The translations under genes and the position numbers were made by a program. Shown here piece by piece: positions 11,876-23,720 of a stretch of DNA of 64,000 bases (the stretch's first letter is position 1; each line of letters begins with the position of its first letter). Source of the stretch: Minutocellus sp. GHC0000111 (lineage: Eukaryota); contig OZ361258.1 of NCBI GenBank assembly GCA_977018835.1, forward strand, positions 1,116,001 through 1,180,000, given 5' to 3'. Below the pieces are notes generated by a model, which was given only the letters and a program-made list of their open reading frames with translations, did no database searches and had not been told where the DNA came from.

Positions 11876-13830
11876 CTACATTCCCTTCATCATCATCTTC
11901 AAGTCTTTCTCGGCAGTGCCGGTTGGCATTAGATTGAACTCTTTTGATAGAAGATCAATGACACCGGGGGTCAGGTATGCCGGGATCGTTGGGCCTAATC
12001 TAATGTTTTTCACACCCATTGATAGAAGAGTGAGAAGAACCGCCGCTGCCTTCTGCTCCAAATGACTCACGGCGAGCGATAGGGGCAAATCGTTGACGCC
12101 ACAACCCAACGCCTTGGCTAACTCCGTTGCGACAACAACGGCAGAGTAACTGTCGTTGCACTGGCCCATGTCAAGAACTCGAGGGAGGCCGTTGGCGATG
12201 GTCGCACCCTGTAGCTTGGGGCTCTTGATGAAACGATTCTTTGCGCAGCCCAAGGTGAGAATGACAGAATCGGAAGGAGTTTCCTCGGCAAGGTCGGTAA
12301 AGTAATTCCGATCCCATTCGGTGCCATCACAACCTCCGATCAAGAAGATTCGGGAGAGGTCTCCCGTCTTGGCAGCCTCAATGATCTTCTCAGCCAAGGG
12401 TAACACCGCTCGGTGGTTGAAACCGACAGTGTTGAAACTGGCCGGCTCCACAGTCTTTGGGAAACCCTTCATATCCTGAGCCATCTGAATCACCTCGGAA
12501 AAATCACGGTCCTCACAGATGTGCTTGACGCCATCTACACCCACCTCATTCATCGAGAAGATCCGACTCTTGTAGGCTCTTCTGGGCTCAAGGATACAAT
12601 TGGTCGTCACGATGATTGGGCCGGGAAAGGTCGCAAACTCAAACTTTTGTGCCTGCCAGGCGGTGCCATAATTTCCTACAAGATGCTTGAATTTCTTCAA
12701 TTCAGGATAGGAGTGAGCTGGAAGCATTTCTCCATGAGTGTAAACATTGACGCCGGTGCCTTCGGTTTGGACCAAGAGCTCGTGCAGGTCCTTGATATCA
12801 TGGCCAGACACTAATATGGCCTTGCCTTCCACAGCAGTCGTTCGTACATCGGTCGGCTCAGCGTTACCAAACGACTCAGCGTGCGCGGTATCAAGCTGGG
12901 CCAAAGTGGTGGCATTGATTTCACCTACCTGAAGGCAGGTGGCCAACAGTCCATCGAAATCTGGCTCATTCGACGCAAGCTTGGTCCAAACCTCGTGCAA
13001 TGGCTTCATGATATTTTCCTCATCCATAAAGCCCATCGCATGTGCGTGGGCTGCATACGCGGAGACGCCCTTGGCACCGGCCGTGGCCAATTCATTGAGA
13101 GCATAGGCATCGTCGTGGCCCATCTTTTCCTTTCGGGCCAGCACGCCGACGGATTTGCCGAATGCCTCGAGCTCGTCGAGGGGAATATCTGGCGACAGGG
13201 GCAAGTCAGCAAGATCAGCAGACGGCGCGGTGCCACCCTTGGCAGCCACAAGAGACTCGAGTTCTGATTTTACTTTGAGACCATCCTGGATGATGTAGGC
13301 AATTCGTACCTGAAAACGAGTAACATGAATAAGTGAAGCATGAAATGTTTGTGAGGATGGATTTAATTCTCGTATCATGTTCCAGGCCAGAGTAATCTGG
13401 CCAATTGAATACCCTTCAACATATATAAATTCCTCACCTCGCTAAAGTTGACATTGGTCAAGGTTGCAAATGCCGCTTTCAGCGTCCACGCGTTGGCCTC
13501 GGCCATATCTTGTGCTGTAGCACCGGCATCTCTGGCCGCGACGCACCACGAGCTGACGCTCTTGATGAAGTGGACGAGGGCATCCTGGGCGTTGCTGGCC
13601 TCGGGACTTTTGCCGCACACGCCAATGGTGGAGCAACCGACTCCCTCGCGGGCCTGTTCGCATTGACGGCAAAACATGGCTGGATCTTGGGGGATGGCGG
13701 CGGCCTCGGAGAGGATTGGACTGGTCGACGAGGCGAGGGCACGGACGGCCTGGGCGCGGAAGGAGGAGGCCATGGCCGGGCGAGCGACTGCCCTAGCGGC
13801 GGATCGGGTGGCGAGGCGGCCGATCATCAT
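11876..13830 (-). CDS. hcp: Hybrid cluster protein (hydroxylamine reductase / prismane) with a mitochondrial-type presequence
   Basis: N-terminal CRQCEQ...GC...GVCGK cluster motif; SGHD, YTHGEMLPAHSYP, TTNC, GGCDG, LGCAK, DMGQCNDSYSA, EQKA motifs. Intron 13310-13437. Arg/Ala/Ser-rich N-terminus MIGRLATRSAARAVAR. Confidence 0.95.
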
Positions 13831-14123
13831 AGTTTTTGGATGAATTTTTTTTGCAGATCTGCTGGAAAAGACCGAAACTTCGAATAGGGATCCTTCATTC
13901 AAATACTCCCAAAATAAACATTGGGTTAATTTAGGGAAATAATATGTACGAGAGTGCATTGGTCTGCTCATCGTTCGGCTTCCATCCATAAATCGTCGCG
14001 TCGGAGCGAAGGAGAGAGGCAAGCTGGGGTTGGCACCATCTCGCCCAGAGAGAGTAAGATACAGCCTTCTTGTCTTTTAGAAAAAGCATATATTCGCCTC
14101 TGGTCGGCCAATTGAGCTGTGAG

Positions 14124-15566
14124 ATGCAGACCATTGTCAAGGCAGCATCGTCGGCATGCGGCAGCGGCGGCGGTAGCAAGGTCGGCCGAGAGTTCCTCCG
14201 CCGTCTCCGTTTTCGTCCTTTGCCGAATGATGCCGCTGCTGCTGCTGCCAATGTCGGCAAAAGAAGTGCATCCACGTTGAGCTGTTCATCATCAATCAAC
14301 AAAGGGAATGGAAGCCTTCGGTGGCATCCGGGACGAGGTGCTACTTTATCGGCACATGACATGCCGCTTTCGGCTGCTGCTACCGGCACATCGGCATCTG
14401 CATCGGCATTCGTCCTCCAGCAATCACTACGTCACTATTCCACGTCAAGTCCAACCCTTGGATCGAGAGGCAGAGGTGCCAGGAGAGGCAGCGAAAAGTG
14501 CACACGAAGGAGGAGAAAGAAGAGCGGCGGTGGCAGCGGCGGCAGCAGCAGCGGTGGTGGGTCGAGACGAGGCGGCAACAAGCCTTTGCTGCGGGGTGGA
14601 CGGGGGCGACGAGGAGGAGGCGGCGGCAGTGGTGGTGGAGGGGGCGGCAATCGATTGGATTTATTACCTCTTTCGTCAACAGATGGCGGCAGTGGTGGCA
14701 GTTATGATGCCTTTGGTGCATTTTCGTCTGCCAAGGATGAGTACGAGGCCTTGCACGGCGACAAGGGTGATGACTACGACGACTTTGACGGAGAGAGACG
14801 CCTCTACTACTACCAGACTCCAGATGAGGCCGACGAAGCCAATGGCGGTGGCATCGGTGACGTCCCACCGACCATCCTGTCCAAGATGGAATCCGACCCG
14901 ACGTACTTTCATGGTATGGAGGGATTGGCTCTGCAGTGGACCACTCCCAGCACCGACCCGCCGAGCCGGGATGTCCGGGTGCAGGCCGTCCTGCGTGATA
15001 TTATCCATCGGCAGAAGTTATCAGCTACTGCAAAGAAGAAGAAAGGGCAGGGCGTGGCGGACGGTGGATGGAATGGCAAGGTGGTCGTTAGGATCCCCAA
15101 GCATGAGGATGGAATCGAAGACCATGATGATGTTGGTATTAATTGTAGTGATGACGAAGAAATCGAAGACCCAGATGGTGTTGGTAGCAGTGACGAAGAA
15201 GACGACGATGGCGACGAAGAAGCAGAAGATCAACATGATGATGATACAAATGACGAAGATCTCGCGGCAGCCCCTACTAGTGGTATCCTGGAAGACGACA
15301 AACAAGATGTTGAAGAAAACGTCGAGACCGACGGTACTGAAGAAGACAATTCCTGTGAAAGTTCGTTAACTAGTGTCGACAAGACAAAAACGAGGAGAAC
15401 AAGCTACAATGTTTTCACAAAACTTCGAACCGAGCAGGTTAGAGAATCCAATGCCGACTTATCGCCGAGAGAGGGGAGGGACAAGGTCTTGTCCGAGTGG
15501 AGGGAGATGACCGACGAAGAGAAGCTCGTATGGAAAGCCAAGGCCAAAGATATGGGAGCTAGCTAA
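14124..15566 (+). CDS. Low-complexity protein with a C-terminal HMG box
   Basis: C-terminal RRTSYNVFTK...VRESNADLS.......LSEWREMTDEEKLVWKAKAK fits an HMG box; preceded by Gly/Arg-rich and Asp/Glu-rich tracts. Confidence 0.65.
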   Translation: MQTIVKAASSACGSGGGSKVGREFLRRLRFRPLPNDAAAAAANVGKRSASTLSCSSSINKGNGSLRWHPGRGATLSAHDMPLSAAATGTSASASAFVLQQSLRHYSTSSPTLGSRGRGARRGSEKCTRRRRKKSGGGSGGSSSGGGSRRGGNKPLLRGGRGRRGGGGGSGGGGGGNRLDLLPLSSTDGGSGGSYDAFGAFSSAKDEYEALHGDKGDDYDDFDGERRLYYYQTPDEADEANGGGIGDVPPTILSKMESDPTYFHGMEGLALQWTTPSTDPPSRDVRVQAVLRDIIHRQKLSATAKKKKGQGVADGGWNGKVVVRIPKHEDGIEDHDDVGINCSDDEEIEDPDGVGSSDEEDDDGDEEAEDQHDDDTNDEDLAAAPTSGILEDDKQDVEENVETDGTEEDNSCESSLTSVDKTKTRRTSYNVFTKLRTEQVRESNADLSPREGRDKVLSEWREMTDEEKLVWKAKAKDMGAS

Positions 15567-15695
15567 ATGCGATGCGCACGCTTTGATTCTACAGTAATAG
15601 ATTGAGTTTGAGTTTAATGAATGTGAGCTAGAATTATACTGCTACGAACTATAGTAGTACTTTTCCTGGTGCTATTTTCGGAATACTTGAAGATA

Positions 15696-18600
15696 TTAAC
15701 GGCGACATCTACCTCGTCCTCGGCCACCTCCACGACCCCCGCGACCTCTGCCTCGACCACCTCTGCCACTAGCCTTGAGGCGTTCACTTCCATGATACAC
15801 TCGAACTTTCTCTTGAATCAATGAATCAGTGCAGAAGTTACAAACATGCTTGGTCGAGCCATCTGGCAGCGGCGACGATCCCTCTTTCCATTCGATTTTC
15901 ATTAAATGGCATCCAGTCACCTCGTCAACACGATCCAATACAGTGACCTTCTCAACCTCCTTCGGAAAGTATATGATTGTAGGATCCCGAGTCGACACGA
16001 GCCGGTACTTATTTGGAGTAGGGTCGAGGACGAGAGCGCCACCAGAATCAGGATCCGGCGCGACGGTCCTCTCCTTGATGAGAGGGTGGTCGTCGGGATG
16101 GGGACATTCGAGGACGAGGGATCTCCCGCCAGCAGCTCGGCGTACCTGTCGCTCCTTGTGCTCGTCGTCTTCATCAAGTCCTTTGCCGCCAGTGCCCTCA
16201 TCGTGGCCGGGAAGGGACCAATCTTTCGAGTTGAAGCAATTCGGGCAAAGTGGGAAAGTCCGAGCTGGAGCACCACACTACGAAACGAAAATAAATAGAG
16301 CAATGAATATGACGATGAGAACCTATTTCGAAGAAAAGGTAGAGGGGACTCGTCCACCATAAAAAAACTTACCTGATACAAGCAAAGCTCAAAGCTACAG
16401 AGGGGACATTTCTGACATGTGGCTTGCTTGATTAGACCACCCGATGGCAATGGAAAGACTTCTTCGGTCCATTTGTTGTAGAGCCGAGGAGGAGGCCCGA
16501 CGATGTAGCTCAAATACCGACGAGTCTTTACACAGCGAGTAAATGGCTGACCAACATCTTGGAGCTTGGCGAAGCTGCTCCCGAATAACACGTCCATTTT
16601 GTTGACGTTTTCGACAAAGTTGGCAAACTTGGTGGCAAAGATATCGATCGCCTTCTTAAGAACCGCATCTTTGTCGGCCAGGCCCTTTGCAATCCTGTCG
16701 CACTCTTTTTCAATATCGGCCCTGACCTGAGGAAGAACCAGAGATGCGTCGATCAGATGATAACCATTTGCGAGGACAAGACCAAGCTTGGTAGGCACGA
16801 GCTTCCGGCCACTCGCCAGCTCGACATAATTTCGTTTGAGGATATTCTCTATATGCGAGGCAATACTAGCGTCTGTGGGAGGACGAGCAAAATTGTCGTT
16901 GTGATTGGAGAGGGGAATGATGTGAGGCATTCGATTATAAAATCCGCAAGCGTAATGTAATGTTCGAGACAATAGTGTCCCTCACTTACCTGTGCCAATT
17001 CCGTTCGCTTCCATCTTTCCGATGAGTTCACTTTCTGTGAGATACGAAGGGGGCGTCGTAAGCTTCTCTTTCACTTCGAGAGAAGCATATGATGCAGCGG
17101 AAGGAGCAACATTGACACCACCGGCCGACGAGGATTTTGAGGCAGCTGAAAACAGCGGAATAAGTTCTCCGACGCTGAACTCCGGAAAAGCCTTTTCCTC
17201 TTCATCTTCCAGGTCATCACCCTCCTCCTTATCACCGTACTGTTTGTGTTTTACAATTGCCAACCAACCGGCTTCCTTCAATTCCTTGCCAGCAAGGGTG
17301 AAGCTACCCTGTCCTTTTCCCTGCTCTTCGAGGATGTCAATTTTGAGCTCAACTCGTGTGGATGTCCAAACGGCATCGTGCGACACACTGGCAATAAAAT
17401 GCCGAGTACAGAGTTCGTACAGACGAGCCATATCGCCACTAAGTTCTCCAGAGTTGGCGCGGCAGGGCGTGATGGGCGGATGATCCCCCATGTCGACACC
17501 ACCTCGTGCCTTGTTGATTCCAGTGGCAAGTAAATCTCGGACGTAGCCCCCCCAGAAGTTATCTCTTGACTGCTCATGAAGGCATCCCTTGACATCGAAA
17601 GAGGTTGGGTAAGCAGTTGATTCTGTTCTGGGATAGGAAAGGTATCCGCTCTGAGAAATGAAAGTAGAACGAAGGAGAAGGAAAAAGAGGTGAGGAATCG
17701 GTAGGCATTCTTCTACATGCACGGAAGAGTGTCTGTAAGCGTTTACTTACCAGGTACAACCTCTCCGCACACTGCATCGCCGCGTGTGGGCCCATGCCGA
17801 GCGCCTTGGACGCGGCTTTGAGCATTTGGACAGTATTCAGAGGAGTTGGACGTCCTTGTTTCTTTTCCTTTGTGACAACGCTGAGGACTTCGGCCGAAGC
17901 ACCAGGCGTATCCTTACATAGCTGAACTAGAGCATTCGTCTTATTTTGGTTGAAGCTCCTGCCACTCGCCCACTGGGCTCGGCACATCCGGCCGCGCTTG
18001 AGAACGCCCAAGTCAAGCACCCAGTAGGGCGTTGGCTTGAACGTCTCAATTTCGATGTGACGCTGAACGCAGAAGCCGAGCGTAGGAGTTTGACAAGGTC
18101 CGTAACTCAATACCGCGCTGTCCAAATCTCCATATCGACCTTGAAAGTATCTGGTTTGGAAACGAGAGAAAGCCACGCCGACCTTGAGGTCAAGCTCCTG
18201 ACGAGCGTCCACACTCAACGATTGGCACTTGTCGGGCTTTCCCAATAAGCCATAAGCTTTCGAGATGTCAGACGGATTGATTGCCGAAAAGTATGCACGG
18301 TAGACACGGTCATAGTTGGCGACACCGCTGTCACCACCACTCTTCATCAGATGCATAATGCAGTCCAAAACTTCGAACGCAATGTTCTCACCCTCCCGAT
18401 CGCAATCCAACCACAGAACGACGAAATCGCACCCACGCGCTTCGGTCTGCAGATGCTTTACTACGGAGCCCTTTTGCGTCTTCTTGACGATTGGGGCATG
18501 GAACAATTCCGCTGGATCAACGGAGTCCCATGACTGGTACTCCGAGCCGAAATCGGTACCAAAGACATGGCCCGCCACCGACGTGACCTTGTGCGAGCAT

Positions 18601-19538
18601 CGTTCGGCATTCGGCGCCTTGGGGAAGTGCAGGTGCGGTATGTCATGCGTCGGAAGTGACCGGCCGCCGCCGCCAAAGTTGCACTGCGACGATCCCTGGA
18701 TGCTGGAAAGGCCCTTGGCAATGGCCTGGGCAATCGACGGCTTCTCGGCAATGTGAATGACGGATATCTTATTGCCCTTTCCGTACGAAAGAGGATTCGT
18801 CGTTTGCGGCTGTGACGGTGGTATGGCCGGCTGGAGCGGCGCATTCGTCGGTTTCGACGATGTTGCCGATTTTCCACCCTTCTTCTTCGATTGCTTGTCG
18901 TCCTTTTTCTTATTACCCGATTGGTTCCCGGCGTCCTTCTTCTTATCCTTCTTCGTACTGTCCTGTTGGTTTTGTTTCTCCTTCTTATTATCAGAGCCTT
19001 TATTGCCGCCCTTCTTCTTTTTGCTCTTCTGGTCGCCGGCTTTATCACCATTGTTGGTAGATTCCCCCGACACTTCCTTTGCCTCGTCAGCGGCACCCTT
19101 GCTGCCTCCCTTATTCTTGCTCTTGTTGCCTCTCCTGCTGTTCTTCATGCCACCCTTGTTACCACCATTCGTACCGTCTTGCTGATGAGCTGGAGCAGAT
19201 GCCGATGCTCCAGGCGGGACAAACTCACTGGCACCAGCACTGAGTTCGCTGCCGCCACCGGGATGGCCCGATGGATTCAACCGGTGCATCCCAATCGACT
19301 CCAGGTCGGCACTCGACAATGCGGCGGCGGCGGCACTGTCGTCGGCCCCTCGTTGCTCGCCCGCAGAGGATGACGATGCATTGCTCTGCTTCTTGTTGGA
19401 ATTGCCGCCGCCTCTGCCGCCGCCGCCACGGCCTCGGCCTCGACCCCTGCCACCGCGGCCACCTCGGCCTCTGCTGCCACCTCGGCCCCGTCCTCCGCCC
19501 GATCGGCCGCCCGACTGTTCGTTGTTGCTGCCGCTCAT
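15696..19538 (-). CDS. TOP3B: DNA topoisomerase III beta (type IA)
   Basis: TOPRIM AEKPSIA...TSVAGH...LWLDCDREGENI; ARQELDLKVG; SYGPCQTPTL; catalytic GYLSYPRTES; DHPPITP; GIGTDASI; C-terminal Zn-ribbon Cys pairs and an RGG tail. Introns 17651-17750, 16873-16989, 16278-16372. Confidence 0.95.
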
Positions 19539-20152
19539 TGCTTTGATTGGCGACGGTGCGTCGATGCGTATGCCTCATGTGTTGGTTTTCGGTAATAAAA
19601 ATCCCTAAAATTTATAATTTTTCCTAGTTTTCTAGTTTTACCAAAGATTTCGGAACACCTCCCACCCGACCCAGCCAGAGAAGGATTTTCTTGCAGGCTA
19701 CTTCCTACATGTACTCACAGGACCTACTAGCTAGTAAGCCTCGTTACCGGCACAAAGGGAGAGGAGGTTCCACGGCTCAAAAAGAAGAGAAAGCTGGGCT
19801 CGACAAAGCTGGCAATGATACCCGCGAAAAAGGCGAGCAGGCCTTCCTATCGCCTCGGCGAAACGGAATAGCTTTGGATCGAACTTGATTCAACAGGCTC
19901 AGAATCAGACAAGCTACAAAGATGAGAGCGAAGAGAAGGATGAGAACTGCTGCATTATGTGATTGCTGAAAAAGTGTATCCTCCGGAGTGGCCTTTAGTG
20001 CACATCTCAGAGAAGGAAGCGGAGAGCAAATTCCATAGCATATTTGATAGAAATCTTCTCAAGCGGCCCAATGACCTGGTCAAGAAGCCTATTGCTCTAA
20101 ACGAGCTAGCTACGTAGTAGACAGTGTCAACTCCGGAGTTACATTACGTTTT

Positions 20153-21526
20153 CTATCGACTTGTCACAGCCACTGCAGCCTGCGTTGGCTTGTAAATATG
20201 ACTGCCCCAGAACTGAGGCGTGCCATCGGCCTGGTAAATGGTGCTTTCTCCGCCATATCCATCCTGATACGAACTGTACGATGATCGGCCGCTACCACTA
20301 CGACCACTGCCACCACCTCCTCCCGCAGCATCTCCATCGCCAACCTTGACGTAGTAGTCACTCCGTCCCGCCATCTCAGGGGGCTGTGACCGTCCGTTGG
20401 CAATGCTAAAGTCCCTCACTTGGATGTACCCAATGATACTACAGTAGGCGCAGCTCATCCCCGTAATGAGGACCGACATGACCCACATGCCATATAAAGG
20501 GCGGGATCCGCACCACCTCTGTTCGATGACGACTTGATCGTCGTCAATTGAATCGTCGAGATAGGCGTAATCATTATCCTTCGCCGCCATGTCACTGCAA
20601 TAACCGACGATGAATACGGTGAGCCATGTGAACAGAATGAAGACGGCAATGCTGAGCTTCCATGGCCGACTCCGAGGACGCATGGACTGATATCCCGCCG
20701 GGTAAATGTACTTGATGGGCTTGCCAACGTAGGCATCACCGTAGTGCTCCTCGTAGGTAATATCGGGCAGGTGTGGGTCGGGCGGGCATGCCGATCCGCT
20801 TCCCGAGGCGTAAAATATTTGGCCGCCGTCACCACCACCGGTACTGTGCGTGCTGGCGGCGTCGCTTTGGCCAATGGCGGGGGACATCATCGGTCCACCC
20901 TCCCCACCTGCTGCTTGTTTGCCATTAGCAGGGATGGCATCGTGAGGACTCTGACCTACCTTTGTGGGCGGGACATATCCCTGCCCTTGCTGTTGTGGAT
21001 ATGGTTGCTGAGTCTTACCAGGTGATTCCTCCATGCTCGTCAGGTCCTCAAAGCTTGGCGGCTGCTGGTGTTGAGACTGCACCACCGTCGTTGCCCCACC
21101 CGAAATGTTGCCATTCCCACCTCCCCCATAACCACTTCCCGTGGCCGTAACCTCCGGCGTCCGTCTCCGTACCGACGACTCTCCACCCCCCAGCGCCGAG
21201 CCCTGCCCACGAGCATGAGCATCGTTCATGGGATTCTCATACCTGTTGAAAGTCTTGTTGTCCACGTCGCCATGGAGCGGGTCGGCCGTCTCCTGATAAT
21301 GCCGCATGGCGTACTGGTATTTTGCCGAAGCCGTCGAGGATCGCGAACCCGTCATGCCCAAGGAGGGTGGGGAGGTACTGCCGATGCCGCTGCCGAGACC
21401 ACTGCCACCGCTACCGCTAAAGCCCTGCAGGCCGGCCTCGTGGTCTTCGTCCAGCCCCACGTCGCCGGCACTGCTGTTGTCGCCGGGCTGCCGCCGTTTC
21501 TTCTTCATCCCCAGCATGCGCTTCAT
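20153..21526 (-). CDS. Hypothetical membrane protein (two predicted TM helices, disordered N-terminus)
   Basis: 457-aa ORF; hydrophobic segments LSIAVFILFTWLTVFIVGY and LYGMWVMSVLITGMSCAYCSIIGY flank a short acidic loop. Confidence 0.7.
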   Translation of the reverse strand: MKRMLGMKKKRRQPGDNSSAGDVGLDEDHEAGLQGFSGSGGSGLGSGIGSTSPPSLGMTGSRSSTASAKYQYAMRHYQETADPLHGDVDNKTFNRYENPMNDAHARGQGSALGGGESSVRRRTPEVTATGSGYGGGGNGNISGGATTVVQSQHQQPPSFEDLTSMEESPGKTQQPYPQQQGQGYVPPTKVGQSPHDAIPANGKQAAGGEGGPMMSPAIGQSDAASTHSTGGGDGGQIFYASGSGSACPPDPHLPDITYEEHYGDAYVGKPIKYIYPAGYQSMRPRSRPWKLSIAVFILFTWLTVFIVGYCSDMAAKDNDYAYLDDSIDDDQVVIEQRWCGSRPLYGMWVMSVLITGMSCAYCSIIGYIQVRDFSIANGRSQPPEMAGRSDYYVKVGDGDAAGGGGGSGRSGSGRSSYSSYQDGYGGESTIYQADGTPQFWGSHIYKPTQAAVAVTSR

Positions 21527-22056
21527 GGTTTATCGTAAGTGTTGGTGCGCCGCCAAGGTTTCCAGCAAAATCTGTGCAGTAAAGAAGTTGGAGTCTCTGT
21601 ATCTTTCCCTGGTCCGGCGAGACGGCAATGGTAGTAGGTGCAATGAAAACGCAATCTGTCCAACGTTCTCAAAACGACCAAAATAACGGCAATGCCAGGC
21701 AAGGACACGAGATGTGCTCGTTTTTGGAAAGTCGAACGGAGAAATTAATCGAGCCGCACACCTATGTTCTGCAGCGCTTCAGCTGACTGGGTGCTATTAG
21801 ACTAGTATCAACGCAGGTCGTCCCGATGAAGTACCGGTATGCCGCCGCTTGCACGTACTAGTATCGTTCGGCACTCCGCTCTTGCTTGTTTTGGCCATCG
21901 TTGACCTTATGGTCATATCCTCCGGGTTCTTTCTTTGAATGAATGAAAACGAAAAAACCAGTGACCTCATTTTTGGATTCGAAAAAGAACCCGGAACGAA
22001 ATCGCGAGACGCCACCAGCATGCACACGCGCCACTCAGAACACAAGCCAAGCAACA

Positions 22057-23576
22057 ATGACAACCCCAAAGAGTATTGAAGAAAAGAACAGTGTTACAAC
22101 TAATCAATCCACTAGTATGGAATTCAAGAGGACAAGCTATGCAATTGGTTCCGCGGGTATCACCGCCCGCCATGCATCTCCTGCTGATCCCGCCAAGCAC
22201 ACGCCAAAAGAAGCGGCACAAGCTGAACAGGAACAGAAGCATCAGCTGACATCTCCTACCTTTCGGCCCAATCTCGACGAGGCCTTTTCACACCATGTCC
22301 ATCATGTCGATAAAGACAAGGTCGATACAGAACTAGGTGCCAAATCGGTATCAGAACGGCTGTACGATGATGCCAAGCACCGGATGGAACAGCAGCAGAA
22401 GAAAAAGACTACCAACAAGCAAAGTAGCCCCAAGCAAAAGAAAAAGAACACCGCAACGTCGATGAGCAGTCCATTCCAACCCGACCTAAGCGAAGCGTTC
22501 TCGCATCATCACATCCATTCTGAGCGTGGTAAAGATACTAACAAACCAGTATCTGATCGCCAATATGAGGATGCTGTCCATCGAAAGCAGGAAATCGCAG
22601 CCGGCCACGTCGATGCGCACTGTCAGCACGAGCTGGACCGAGAGCGGTTGAAGGCTGGCAGTGGAGGCGGAGACGAAGATGATCACGTTCACCTCAAGAG
22701 TCCCCGCGAGCATCCCATGGCGACTGATCTATGTCCCAAGGCGGATTATTTGAGAAGGATGGGCTCGTCCATGTCGGTAGATGGTGGTTCAATCGAGGAT
22801 GGTGAGCTGAGATCAATGTTTCCTACCTGGGAGGCTGAATCATTTTGCAATATACACTCCGTTTGGCATGCATCCCACATACACTCATTAGCTCATCATG
22901 CCCTTTTGGTCTTCCATATACCACGCATAAATCTACAGGGATCTATCCCGATTCTTCTTTTTCTTCTTATGCCGGAGAAGACGACTTGATCGAACGTTGC
23001 GAGTGTGGAAATATCATCCAGCTTGATCTTGACCTTGACGCTGCAGTTCATCCCTCTCCAGCTACAGTTGGAGATGGAAACAGGAAAACCTTCTCTCCTG
23101 ATATCCGCGAAACACAAAAGGTAGTTGCTTCCCCTCGAAATGCTCATATTCACGCGAAGAAAGCAGATGAGAAGGATGGTGAGATCAGCAATACCGCGTT
23201 TGAGAGGCTCTATCAAGACAAGGAACAACGGGAGAGACGTCTAACGATGGAAAAGATTCGAATCAAGAAGGAGGATGAGAAGGAACTCACGTTTCATCCT
23301 CAAACCAATCTAAAGCACGACAAGGACAAAGAGAAGAGAAAGTCGGCTCGGAAGCAATCTATCGATGAGGTGAAGGCGCGCAAGCGTCAAAATTGCCTGG
23401 GGGCATCTGTCGTCAAACAAACCCAAGATATGGCAGTTGGCGAAGAGAGTGCTGCGGAATTATTGGAGAAGGATCTTCGTCTAGTAGAAGACGAAAATGA
23501 AAGTGACGAAATCAATGGGTCATTGCTCGAGCCGGGTGAAACCTTATCTGCTCTTGCGGCATCTCAGCCCCAGTAA
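22057..23576 (+). CDS. Hypothetical charged protein with repeated F.P.L...(E/D)R(L/Q)Y(D/E/Q)D motifs
   Basis: Repeats TFRPNL..SERLYDDA, PFQPDL..SDRQYEDA, TFSPDI..FERLYQD, LTFHPQT. GT-AG intron 22802-22938 joins ORFs 21943 and 22845 in frame. Start codon uncertain (21943 or 22057). Confidence 0.6.
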
Positions 23577-23720
23577 ACGTGTCTTGGTGTTACAAGCTTA
23601 TTTGTTGTGAGTTGCGAAAAAATGCGGAAATACATATCACTTAAATGTTATCATAGTTGGGCAAAGAGTTATACTAATTTGTTCTTGTATAATGATCTGT
23701 ACTTTCTTTTTTGGCTCGAT

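Noticed and set aside
11876..13830. Bacterial contamination suggested by hcp and the SelD-like oxidoreductase
   Set aside because: hcp has a spliceosomal intron, both have eukaryotic targeting leaders, and both sit among clearly eukaryotic genes.
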